The translations under genes and the position numbers were made by a program. A model generated the notes under the pieces. That model was not told where the DNA came from. It worked only from the letters and a program-made list of their open reading frames with translations, and searched no databases. A DNA stretch of 63,981 nucleotides, filler included, from Octopus bimaculoides (taxonomy: Eukaryota), in assembly GCF_001194135.2 (NCBI RefSeq). It is 5 parts of 5 records of this genome, joined end to end, with 100 filler letters (N's around TTAATTAATTAA, not from the genome) between each part and the next. Parts side by side here need not be neighbours in the genome. Positions count along the whole stretch, not along the records: positions 20,294 to 47,501 come from NC_069009.1; positions 47,602 to 56,678 come from NC_068990.1; 3 more parts are not named here. One strand, given 5' to 3'. Below are positions 38,642 through 51,301 of this stretch, in pieces (within the stretch, counting starts at the first letter, position 1; each line of letters opens with the position of its first letter).

Positions 38642-40883
38642 TATGAAATTTAATTATCCAGGTTTCAAACAGAAGTGTTTTTTTTTTTTTTACATTATGG
38701 CACCTTTTCACAGCTCAGGGCAGGGCAATTTAGAAGTTAAATGTTCAGGTTTCAAATACAAGTGGCACCTGTTTATAGCTAGGGGCCGCATAATTTTAAA
38801 ATTTTGTGGTCAGGTTTCAAACACAAGTGGGTTTATTTTACATAGTGGAGCCTGTGTTACAGGTAAGTGGACTGAGTGATTTAGAAATGAATTATCCAGG
38901 CTCCAAGAAGTGTGTTTTTGGGTTTATTTTTTTTGCCTAGTGGCACCTGTTCTACACCTAGGTGGACTGAGTAATTTCAAAGTTAATTTGTTTTGTTTGT
39001 TTTTTTTTAAAACAAAAACACAGCCTGTTGTTCTTATCCTGAAGCGTCTGTGACGTCACAGAGCTGTGGAGATCGGAACCATGTTATCACGAAGAGAAAT
39101 TCTTAATCCTTCAAGACAATTGACTTGAATCAAATTTTGCTGTTTCTTAAAGGGGTAAAAATTCTTCAAGAAGGCAGGCACCGGAGCAAAACCCTTGAGA
39201 AATCAATACCCAAACAATATAATTACAAGGGGTCACACATCAAAGGCAGAGAATTCTGTCGGATCAACAAGGCAGTTTTCCTTTCCAGATCAAAGAGAGT
39301 TAAATTCTTAGATTCCAAATTCTTGCCGTAGAATTTATTTCGCATAGCTTGTTGCTCCAGTGTCAACACGTGTAGATTTTTGGCTATCTTCCCAAGGATC
39401 GCAACCTCTAAGAATCTTCCAAAAGATGGGCGGGAGAAGGGAGGGAAAGAGGGAGGGCGGAGGCAGGGAGGTGGAAAAGGGGAAATAGAAGACGGTGCAG
39501 GTGACAGAGGCTGTGTTGTTGATGATGTTGGTGATGATGGTTTTGGTAGTGGGAGTGGTGGTNNNNNNNNNNNNNNNNNNNNNNNNNNNNNNNNNNNNNN
39601 NNNNNNNNNNNNNNNNNNNNNNNNNNNNNNNNNNNNNNNNNNNNNNNNNNNNNNNNNNNNNNNNNNNNNNNNNNNNNNNNNNNNNNNNNNNNNNNNNNNN
39701 NNNNNNNNNNNNNNNNNNNNNNNNNNNNNNNNNNNNNNNNNNNNNNNNNNNNNNNNNNNNNNNNNNNNNNNNNNNNNNNNNNNNNNNNNNNNNNNNNNNN
39801 NNNNNNNNNNNNNNNNNNNNNNNNNNNNNNNNNNNNNNNNNNNNNNNNNNNNNNNNNNNNNNNNNNNNNNNNNNNNNNNNNNNNNNNNNNNNNNNNNNNN
39901 NNNNNNNNNNNNNNNNNNNNNNNNNNNNNNNNNNNNNNNNNNNNNNNNNNNNNNNNNNNNNNNNNNNNNNNNNNNNNNNNNNNNNNNNNNNNNNNNNNNN
40001 NNNNNNNNNNNNNNNNNNNNNNNNNNNNNNNNNNNNNNNNNNNNNNNNNNNNNNNNNNNNNNNNNNNNNNNNNNNNNNNNNNNNNNNNNNNNNNNNNNNN
40101 NNNNNNNNNNNNNNNNNNNNNNNNNNNNNNNNNNNNNNNNNNNNNNNNNNNNNNNNNNNNNNNNNNNNNNNNNNNNNNNNNNNNNNNNNNNNNNNNNNNN
40201 NNNNNNNNNNNNNNNNNNNNNNNNNNNNNNNNNNNNNNNNNNNNNNNNNNNNNNNNNNNNNNNNNNNNNNNNNNNNNNNNNNNNNNNNNNGTGGTGATGA
40301 CGACAGTAGTTATGATGATGATGATGGTGTTGGTTGTGGTGGTGGCAATGATGGTGGTCGTGGAGATGATTTTGACAACGATGATCTTCATTATGATAAT
40401 GATGATGATGATGATGAGAGTGACGGATTTGATGTTTGCAAAGAAGATGGGAGATGTCGACAAAAAGAAAATGAGAGATTTAGCTCATGGTGATGGTGGT
40501 GGCGGTGGCGAGTATGGTGGTGGTGGTGGTGGTGGGGGGGCAATGGTTGCAGTGATGGCGGAGCCGGCAGGCGGGCCTTAGCTTAATCGAGACTGAAATT
40601 TGCTGATTGTAGAGGTCACATCACATATGACAGTCGATTCAACCTCTGACCATCTTCTAAGTCCTTCGTTTCAATTAATCAAACTTTGTATGTTGCTGAC
40701 TAACAGGAAATTCAAAATCTACAATGTATAACATACACACAGAGATATATATGTGGGCGTGTGTACATATGTATATGTATGCATATATGTGTAAGTATAT
40801 GTGATTGAGCGTGTGTATAAAAATATATAAATGTATATAAATATACGTCTTTAGCTATCTATTTATTTAGATAGATATGTACA

Positions 40884-40921
<38 letters not shown>

Positions 40922-41065
40922 AACTCACAAATGTGCACACACACACATAGATATATATATGTATAGAAATATAATCAAGTATACATTTATATTTATATGA
41001 TTATATGTCTGTGTTTATATAACGTATGTATATAGACAATTCCTCCTCCCTCTGTCTTTCTATCA

Positions 41066-41108
<43 letters not shown>

Positions 41109-41135
41109 NNNNNNNNNNNNNNNNNNNNNNNNNNN

Positions 41136-41202
<67 letters not shown>

Positions 41203-42049
41203 GAGAGAGAGAGAGAGAGAAATCTTTGCATATCTATCATTCTATCTATATAAACACAGGTATGTGTATGTATAGATATCTATTTATGTATCTATTTATC
41301 CATTACTCCATACACACCCACACACATGCATGTACATGCACAGACACACACATACACACAGAGATTCCTATGAAGATGAGCAGAAGCTAAAACTAATCAT
41401 CTAACCCCACCCCCAACGCATTACTGTCAGCACCTTAAAACAGACATCTATGTAATCTTTTATTAGCAGTTCACTAATTAACTTACAAAAAGAAAAGAAA
41501 ATTATTGTTTTATTAATTGCCAAGAATTCAGGCAAAACTATTTTAATGGTAATGATAATTAACAATAGATTAATTGAAGTGTAATTAGAGATGAGTCTCT
41601 GGGGGTGAAATTCATGTGACACTCCAACCAGAATCATTTGAACAGAAGGGATTAGTCAGTTGTATTAGCATTGCTATGTTTTGATTTCCTTGCCTTATCC
41701 TCATCTATTGTTACATCATCATCATCTGATTGCACAGATTCCTATGACTCTCTGTCGCTATCCAATTTGATGATATTTATCACATTCAGCATTGTGAGAT
41801 AAACCAAAATTTCATAAACCATATTGAAACAGAAGTACATGATTCTGGTTACACTGGCATAATTTAACTTTTTGGGGGATCATATTCTTTGAGTATTACA
41901 TGATGAAATATAATCTGCCTCGAATTTGGATTAATCTTGAAATATATTTAAAAATTTGGAGAGATTTAATGAAATAATTTAAGGACATTTTTTCTAAATT
42001 AAATTTATGATTTTTATATCAATTCGAGGATAGCATGGACAAACAACTT

Positions 42050-42660
42050 GTCTGATGATGAAGTGATGAATCAGGCTGCAGGAAACTGCTCCATGAGATA
42101 AGGGCCAAGCAACGGAAATTTCTTGGTCATGTAACAAGGAAAGAGGGCTTGGAGAATTTTGCGATGATCAGAAAGATTTAAGGGAAACGAAGCAGAAGAA
42201 GGAGAAGGAACGGTTGGAAGAAAGAAGCATTAATTAGCAGGAAATGAAATTCTTTAAGAAAACAAAGAGCAGAGAATTGAGGCTGGACATGATTACCCAT
42301 GTCCTACGTATGAGGGACATTGAGGAAAGCATGGACAGGCAGACTGATTTATGAAGAACTGATGACCTCGGCTGCAGAAATTGCTTTGTCTGATAAAAGC
42401 CAAACACATGAGATTTCTTGGTCATGTGATGCGGAAAGAGGGCCTGGAGAATTTAGCTACGACTGGAAAGATTGAAGGGACAAGAAGCTGAGACAGAAGG
42501 ATGGTGTAGAAGGCAAGATTGATGAACTGTTTGGAAGAAAGAGGCATTAAATATCAAAAAGTGGAACTGATGCAGAAAACAAGGAACAGGGAATTGTGGT
42601 AGAACATGATTGCTTATGTCCTTAGATTCTGGACATGGCATCTGAAGAAAGAAGGAGAGA
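42050..42660 (+). mobile_element. Two adjacent degenerate RTE LINE 3' fragments
   Basis: Two diverged copies of (R)FLGHV(T/M)RKEGLEN...(K)IEG.RSR starting at about 42074 and 42370. Confidence 0.75.
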
Positions 42661-42866
42661 TAAGTTTTGGCTTGTCGGCCCCTGCTAGCTCAGCTTTGTG
42701 TAGGCTCTCACGTAAGAACTTCACAAACAAGTTAGTCTTCAACTCTCCAGGAATTCCTCATCGGTGTTGGGTAATGACTGAAAGAGTATGATCCTGAGTG
42801 GAAGTACTTGAAATGAGGTTTCTCTGAAGGGTCTGTGGCATAATGTTACTAGACATAATGTTACTA

Positions 42867-43125
42867 GGCGGGGAGCTGGCAGAAATGTTAGTGCGCCGGG
42901 CGAAATGCTTAGCGGTATTTCGTCTGCCGCTACGTTCTGAGTTCAATTTCCGCCGAGGTCGACTTTGCCTTTCATCCTTTCGGGGGTCGATTAAATAAGT
43001 ACCAGTTACGCACTGGGGTCGATGTAATCGACTTAATCCGTTTGTCTGTCCTTGTTTGTCCCCTCTATGTTTAGCCCCTTGTAGGCAATAAAGAAATAGG
43101 TATTTCGTCTGCCGCTACGTTCTGA
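42867..43125 (+). mobile_element. SINE with GTCGACTTTGCCTTTCATCC core; further copies near 3345-3492, 22150-22340, 25160-25400, 31420-31630, 47710-47890, 48260-48470, 48770-48970 and 57342-57400
   Basis: Many dispersed copies share the consensus; this one is close to it and CpG-rich. Confidence 0.85.
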
Positions 43126-43786
43126 NNNNNNNNNNNNNNNNNNNNNNNNNNNNNNNNNNNNNNNNNNNNNNNNNNNNNNNNNNNNNNNNNNNNNNNNNNN
43201 NNNNNNNNNNNNNNNNNNNNNNNNNNNNNNNNNNNNNNNNNNNNNNNNNNNNNNNNNNNNNNNNNNNNNNNNNNNNNNNNNNNNNNNNNNNNNNNNNNNN
43301 NNNNNNNNNNNNNNNNNNNNNNNNNNNNNNNNNNNNNNNNNNNNNNNNNNNNNNNNNNNNNNNNNNNNNNNNNNNNNNNNNNNNNNNNNNNNNNNNNNNN
43401 NNNNNNNNNNNNNNNNNNNNNNNNNNNNNNNNNNNNNNNNNNNNNNNNNNNNNNNNNNNNNNNNNNNNNNNNNNNNNNNNNNNNNNNNNNNNNNNNNNNN
43501 NNNNNNNNNNNNNNNNNNNNNNNNNNNNNNNNNNNNNNNNNNNNNNNNNNNNNNNNNNNNNNNNNNNNNNNNNNNNNNNNNNNNNNNNNNNNNNNTGTGT
43601 GTGTGTGTGTGTGTTTAGATGCACATGCATAAAAGGAGAGAGACAGACAGACATTCTACATCACTAGAAGTGACACAAAAACAACCATCTACACTTTTTT
43701 TTCCGTCGTAAAAGGTTAAAACACCTAATTTTTCTGCTGTTTCCAATGCTCTACTGCATTCAAAATTTACTTTCTTGTCTGTAAAA

Positions 43787-43820
<34 letters not shown>

Positions 43821-44518
43821 GGTGCAGGCGTGGCTGTGTGGTAAGAAGCTTAGCGGTTCAGCATAAGTGACCGATAGAATAAGTACTAGGCTTACAAAGA
43901 GTAAGTCCTGGGGTTGATTTCTTTGACTAAAGGCAGTGCTCCAGCATTGCTGCAGTCAAATGGCTGTGACATCTAAGAGTAAAAGAGTAATACAAAAGAG
44001 TGAAAATGAGTGCTCAAAACTGTAATGGCAGATAAATATTCTTTATGGAGACGAGTACCAATGTTCCCATGTAACTGGGTTGATAACTGTTTTCTTAAGA
44101 GATGCCTCTTTGCATGAAACCAATGGTAGGCTTGTTAACCCACAAAGTATATGTGCGTGTGTGTGTGTGTGTGTGTAAGTATTAACAAGGAGAATGGAGT
44201 GAGCAACTCTAATTAGTCTAAAGTTATTTCATTGATATTTTACCAACAGAATTATTGCTGGAATATTATTATATTATACAAAATAGAATATTGAATCAAT
44301 ATCATTCCAGCAATGCTGGAAGATATCGACTGTTTTACATATAAATCAGTGCAGGTGTGGCTGTGTCATAAGAAGCTTGCTTCCCAAATGCATGGTTCCG
44401 AGTTCAATCCCACTGTGTGACACCTTGGGCAAGGGTCTTTTACTATAGCCTCGGGCTGACCAAAGCCTTATGAGTAGATTTGGTGGATGGAAACTGAAAG
44501 AAGCCCATCATATGTACA

Positions 44519-44550
<32 letters not shown>

Positions 44551-45421
44551 GTTTGAAGAAAAGCAACATGAATAAATGGAGCTTGTACGAAACGTACGTA
44601 CTGCTATAACCTATTGAATTTTTGTTGCTTTTCTTCAAATTTTATTCACCAAATCTCTTGATTTTGTTTTTGGTTTTTACCCTACCAAATTCTGGTGCCT
44701 CAAACATTTTAAGTACCACATTTAATCTTTTGATTAAATCTATATTATTATATATGTGATAGTGGATTTTCATCGATGAGTTCTTGAAACTTGGTTATTT
44801 TCCCTAAAACTATATATTTTATATATATTTTATCTATAAAGCTCAATTTAATTTTAATTTTTTATAAATTGATTTTAATTGAGTTTTTACCTGTAATTTT
44901 GGATTTTGCCCCTAATATTATTATATATATATATANNNNNNNNNNNNNNNNNNNNNNNNNNNNNNNNNNNNNNNNNNNNNNNNNNNNNNNNNNNNNNNNN
45001 NNNNNNNNNNNNNNNNNNGCAACATGAATAAATGGAGCTTGTACGAAACGTACGTACTGCTATAACCTATTGAATTTTTGTTGCTTTTCTTCAAATTTTA
45101 TTCACCAAATCTCTTGATTTTGTTTTTGGTTTTTACCCTACCAAATTCTGGTGCCTCAAACATTTTAAGTACCACATTTAATCTTTTGATTAAATCTATA
45201 TTATTATATATGTGATAGTGGATTTTCATCGATGAGTTCTTGAAACTTGGTTATTTTCCCTAAAACTATATATTTTATATATATTTTATCTATAAAGCTC
45301 AATTTAATTTTAATTTTTTATAAATTGATTTTAATTGAGTTTTTACCTGTAATTTTGGATTTTGCCCCTAATATTATTATATATATATATATATATATAT
45401 TTCTTTCTCTGTCTTTTACAG

Positions 45422-45649
45422 CCATACCGTTTCTTTGACAACTCCTATAAGGGATGCCATTTTGGTAACTACACGAGCAGCAGAGGATTTTACAGCATCA
45501 GCAAAGTCCCTGGTCCCGGGGAGTACAACATTACATGCGCAGCCCCAAAGAAGGTTGAGAACATCAACACCAAGCAGCCTGGCACGGTCAAATATGAAGC
45601 GCAGATCCCACGGTACCTGGACGCCATTGTCAAGAAGGAGAAGAAAATG
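45422..45649 (+). CDS. STPG2: Internal exon of a sperm-tail PG-rich repeat protein, STPG2-like
   Basis: TTTTACAG acceptor, ATG|GTGAGC donor, 228 nt, phase 0-0; YKGCHFGNYTSSR...PGPGEY...ENIN...IPRY resembles human STPG2 YKGIHFGNSSGR...PGPGQY...ENVN...IPRL (from memory). Confidence 0.75.
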
Positions 45650-46040
45650 GTGAGCAACGAAAGAGTTTCTTTTTACTTTGCAGTTTGTTTCATCACCATT
45701 ATCATCATCCCTATCATGATAGGCAAAGGCATAAGGGTGTGGTTAAGAAGCTCACTTTGTAATCACCTGGTTTCAGGTTCAGTCCCACTGCATGCCACTT
45801 TGGTTAAGTGTTATCTGTGATAGTTCCAGCCTGACCAATGCCTTGTGACAGAATTTGGTATATGGAAACTGTATGGAAGAGCATCATATATATACATGTA
45901 TATATAAGGTTGAGGAGGGTATTGGATTTAACCAAACCCCAAAAGATACAGGTAATACCGAGTAAGTGCTGTATACTGACTAGTTATGCCCCAGTCGTTG
46001 TATGAACAGGATTGGGGATTATAAGTCGTGTATTAGCGTG

Positions 46041-46157
46041 TGTATGTATAAATATATAAAAGGATAAAGAGAGCAATGGTAAAGCTGGAAATATATTTTA
46101 TGGATATTTCCAGCTTTACCATTGCTCTCTTTATCTTTTTATATATTTATACATACA
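46041..46157. repeat. Inverted repeat with 54-bp arms and 9-nt loop
   Basis: 46041-46094 and 46104-46157 are complementary except for one position (a G-U pair in the plus-strand RNA). Confidence 0.95.
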
Positions 46158-47397
46158 TGTAAATATATATATATTTCGAAATGTACAGCGTTCCGGATTG
46201 GTTCATTACCGAACTTCATAGTCTGGCATCATTAATTTGAATCATTTGCTTGATATGTTCATGATTTCAACACCATTATGATGTACGGTTGTATAACATC
46301 TCATGTCTTTTCAACTTGTTTTTTTTTGCATCTTTTCATAGGTCAACTATGAATGTTTTATATGAATGTTATCTATTTTTATTGTCTGCTTGTTACTAAT
46401 AATAATAAGGCCTTGAGGAGATGCAGTTTCCCATATTTTACAATATTTTATAATATTTTATAATATGGATGAATCAATCTGGATATTGCATCGAAATGGT
46501 CATAGGTCATTTTCATTATTATAATAAAGTATTTTCAATGGACCAGTTTTGAGCTCTCATTTAAATTGATATAAATACAAAAACTCACTTGTGAGTGTTT
46601 TGCTACGTTTGTTAACAGATACAATATTTTTGCCTAATTTTTGGTATAAAAAAATATATGAATACATATATATATATATATATATACACCACTACAATCT
46701 CTGAGTGGTTGGCGTTAGGAAGGGCATCCAGCTGTAGAAACTCTGCCAAATTAGATTAGAGCCTGGTGTAGCCATCCGGTTGCACCAGTCCTCAGTCAAA
46801 TCGTCCAACCCATGCTAGCATAGAAAGCGGACGTTAAACGATGATGATGATGATGATGATATACATATACACGACAGGCTTCTTTCAGTTTCCGTCTACC
46901 AAATCCACTCAGAAGGTTTTGGTCGGCCCGAGGCTATAGCAGAAAACACTTTCCCAAGGTGCCATGCAGTGGTACTGAACCTAGAACCATGTGGTTGGTA
47001 AGCAAGCTTCTTACCTCACAGGCACCCCTGCGCTTATACATATATCTACAATATTGATAATATGAAGACTGTTTCTTTCCAGTTAGCTTATTCATGATAA
47101 TTGTCTGACATGTATTTCGATTGTAGTAATTGCATATTGTTGCATGTTTTTATGCAGTGATTTATGCATTATTAGTGTTATCTCTTCAGGGCATATAGAT
47201 ATGACATTGTTTAGAGAGGAACTTTCATCTGTTATTAGTTTGAATTTGGCTTGGTAGTAGTAGTAAACCATGACCTTTCATTGATGAGCTGTTGTTCTCA
47301 ACTGATTGTTTGGGTAAACTTCAGCAGTAGCAGCAGCAGTGTTTGTTGAAGTTGGTAAAGTTCGCCTGGTACATACACACACATGCACACACACACA

Positions 47398-47435
<38 letters not shown>

Positions 47436-47601
47436 TATCTGTAAATATATATATGTATGTATATGTATGTATATGTATGTATATATATATATATATATAT
47501 ANNNNNNNNNNNNNNNNNNNNNNNNNNNNNNNNNNNNNNNNNNNNTTAATTAATTAANNNNNNNNNNNNNNNNNNNNNNNNNNNNNNNNNNNNNNNNNNN
47601 N

Positions 47602-47712
<111 letters not shown>

Positions 47713-48038
47713 CCTTTGTACTATAGATACAAGGCTTGAAATTTTGGGGTGAGGAGACTAGTCAATTACACCGACCCCAGTGTTTCACTGGTACTTAATT
47801 TATCGAGCTCGAAAGGGTGAAAGGCAAAGTCAACCTCGACGGCATTTGAACTCAGTTCCTAAAGGCGGATAAACCATCGCAAAGTATTTTGTCCTGATAC
47901 AGAAGGACTTAGTCACAAAAGCAACAGTTCTGATTACATCGACGCCAATAAATGGAGAGGTACTCTATTTTATTGACTTCCGAGGGATGAAAGACGAAAA
48001 ACAATGTTCACCTCGGTGGGATTTGAAGTCTAAACTTC

Positions 48039-48094
<56 letters not shown>

Positions 48095-49140
48095 GAGCAC
48101 CACAGCAAACCACAGCACATACCCAAGGCACACAGAGCTGCGCTCGGTAGTGAAGTGAAAGCACGTTATAAAATAAAACTACTGAACAATAATAATAATA
48201 ATAATAATAACAATAATAATAATAATGATAATAATGACGATAATAACGTTTTCAAATTTGGCAGAAGGTCAGCAATCTCATGGGTACGGGTAAAATCGGT
48301 AATATCGACCCCAGTGTTTGACTGGTACTTTTTCTATCGGCGCCGAAAGCATGAAAGACCAAATTGACATCGGTGACATTTGAATTCAGAACGTAAAAAC
48401 GGGCTAAATGCTTCTAAGCATTTAGCCCAACACGGTAACAATTCTGCTAGCTCGACGCCTTAGTAATTATAATGATAATCGAAAATAAAAGATAAAGATC
48501 AATTATGTTTCAACACAATACACTACACGACTTATCGCTAAGACTTCGATCAAGAAAGGTTTCGATTTAAAAGAATTATAAGAAAATGAATTTGCTGAGA
48601 CCAGATTGGATAAGCGTGGCGACCACCTATATTGATATTCCCTTAAATGGCCAATAGCTGTAGCGAAAGGCAGAAACCCTTTTTGATCTGGATCTACCAA
48701 ACAGATTTGAATGTTGCAGAAGTAACAATATTAGTGGTACAGAAGTAGGCCATTGTCACTAAATATATAGATTTCTAACAAGGCTAGCAATCCCGGGAGA
48801 GGGGATAAGTCAATTACATCAACCCCAATATTCAGCTGGGACTTATGTTATCGACCCCGAAACGATGAAAGGAAAATTCGACCTCGGCGGAATTTGAACT
48901 CAGAACGCAAAGACGGATGCAATGCCGCTAAACATTTTCCCCGGCGTGCTAATGATCCTGTCAGCTTCACATCTTTATCGCTATTAAATATATTAAGAGA
49001 ACAATGTACTATATGTTTTCAGTATATATCATTGTACCAGGTTGTTAGACGCTGTTTGATGTAACATACTCGGGTAGATGACAAATATGACCCGCGTGGT
49101 GTATATCTTGAGACATTTGGGTTTCCTTTATTACCCCGCT

Positions 49141-49564
49141 CTATTAATATCCAGTACCGCTGCCGTAGTCTCCTTTAGAGAGACTTAGAAATATTAATAT
49201 TTCTATTTTTGAAAACCAGTGGATGTATTCCACTGAATTTAAGTAAATAATCCTTCGTACAGACGGTCAGTAGCGACACCTGCTGGGTTCGGCTGCACTA
49301 CATTGATAAGAGGCAATACCTCGAAACTAGTCTGTAGATGCCAGACCAGCAAGGAGAAGCGGCTGACCTCCCCTGTTCGAAGGTTATAATGGACACAGAT
49401 TCGTGTGTCGCATAGCGAGCTAGAGGCGTTGGCCTCTTGGAGCGAATCAACGGCAGCATTCGTCCTATTTTTTGGACTGCCATGTTGGCTTGGCGATAAC
49501 TATTAATATCCAGTACCGCTGCCGTATTCTCCTTTAGAGAGACTTAGAAATATTTATATTTCTA
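49141..49564 (+). mobile_element. Candidate retrozyme: 359-nt structured unit with 65-bp terminal direct repeats and a hammerhead ribozyme
   Basis: 49141-49205 matches 49500-49564 at 63/65; many perfect stems; hammerhead at 49298-49337. Confidence 0.65.
49298..49337 (+). ncRNA. Minimal type I hammerhead ribozyme, U3-A8 core variant
   Basis: CUACA-UUGAUAA-GAGG(CAAUA)CCUC-GAAAC-UA-GUC/UGUAG: all three helices pair; predicted cut after 49332. Confidence 0.75.
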
Positions 49565-50094
49565 ACTTTTTCTTCTTTTCTACAAATTTCATACTTAACG
49601 ACCTAATAGTATCAGCGAACCTAATACTGATTGGACTCACTCGTGTAAGACACTACCTTGGAAAAATAATTCGATTACCCAAGCAAGTATATGAGTATAT
49701 ATGAGTATATGAGACTACTGTGTCCTCCCTCATTTTCTAAGACGATACTAATGTAGCTACAGGTAAACTGCTTACTATTTTTAGCACAGCATCATGAGTG
49801 ACTAACTCAAAGGCTTCCCCGTTGTTGGTGCCAGTTGTGATTTCAGTACTTAACCCATTAGTGCCCCAATCTTTTTTTATTCTTTATTACCAAAAGTCCT
49901 TTTTTTTTTGTACAAATTTATCTGATATTAGATATATAAAAAAAAAATTTTATTACAATATTTGAAAGACATTCCAGTTTTCATGACTAACTAAAGATAA
50001 CCCAGAAAAATACAGGTGTTGCAGAAATATAATGGATTAACCTTCTGGTTGTAAGAACAGGACCATGGGCGCTAATGGGTTACTGAAGATCTGT

Positions 50095-50155
50095 CATTAT
50101 TGTTGCTGTTGTTGTTGTTCTTCTTCTTTTTCTTCTTCTTCTTCTTCTTCTTCTT

Positions 50156-50245
<90 letters not shown>

Positions 50246-50290
50246 GAGGTTGTTGTTGTTGCTGTTGTTGTCATTGTTGCAATGTTGGTG
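50095..50290. repeat. Compound (TGT)n(TCT)n(TAT)n trinucleotide repeat
   Basis: Direct reading. Confidence 0.95.
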
Positions 50291-50522
50291 TAGGACCCAG
50301 CTGCTGTTGCTGTAGTTATCATTATTATTGAAAGAGATGTGCTTTAAACAGATGAAAAAATATAACTTGATATCTTTTCTAAACCAACTAATTCAAAACA
50401 AAAAAACAAAACAAACAAAATTAAATCAATTATCGATTAATAAAGTTAAACCGCAAAAAAAAACGTAATAATAGTAATAATAATAAGAAAGGAAAAACAG
50501 TGAAATCATCAAATTTAATATA

Positions 50523-50578
<56 letters not shown>

Positions 50579-51257
50579 NNNNNNNNNNNNNNNNNNNNNN
50601 NNNNNNNNNNNNNNNNNNNNNNNNNNNNNNNNNNNNNNNNNNNNNNNNNNNNNNNNNNNNNNNNNNNNNNNNNNNNNNNNNNNNNNNNNNNNNNNNNNNN
50701 NNNNNNNNNNNNNNNNNNNNNNNNNNNNNNNNNNNNNNNNNNNNNNNNNNNNNNNNNNNNNNNNNNNNNNNNNNNNNNNNNNNNNNNNNNNNNNNNNNNN
50801 NNNNNNNNNNNNNNNNNNNNNNNNNNNNNNNNNNNNNNNNNNNNNNNNNNNNNNNNNNNNNNNNNNNNNNNNNNNNNNNNNNNNNNNNNNNNNNNNNNNN
50901 NNNNNNNNNNNNNNNNNNNNNNNNNNNNNNNNNNNNNNNNNNNNNNNNNNNNNNNNNCGATCTTTATTGTCGTTTCTTATGGAAGAGAAAACAGCGACAC
51001 ATATACACACACACACGCACCAAAGAGACAGAGGAACGCAAAGACAGTAAGACACAATTTCACGTATATACTCGCTAAATTTCAACACGCATTGTACACA
51101 ATATTCACATATTCGCAACCAACCATGTGTGTGTGTGCATGTGTTTGAGCGTCATACTAATATATCCTTTTGTTGTTTACACCACTTGTCCTCGTCTGTT
51201 GTTGTTTTTTTTCGTACATTCTCCCATATNNNNNNNNNNNNNNNNNNNNNNNNNNNN

Positions 51258-51301
<44 letters not shown>

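Noticed and set aside
44563-45391. About 370-bp exact direct repeat (44563-44935 and 45019-45391)
   Set aside because: Identical copies either side of an N gap; most likely unmerged contig overlap. The same applies at about 53860-53950.
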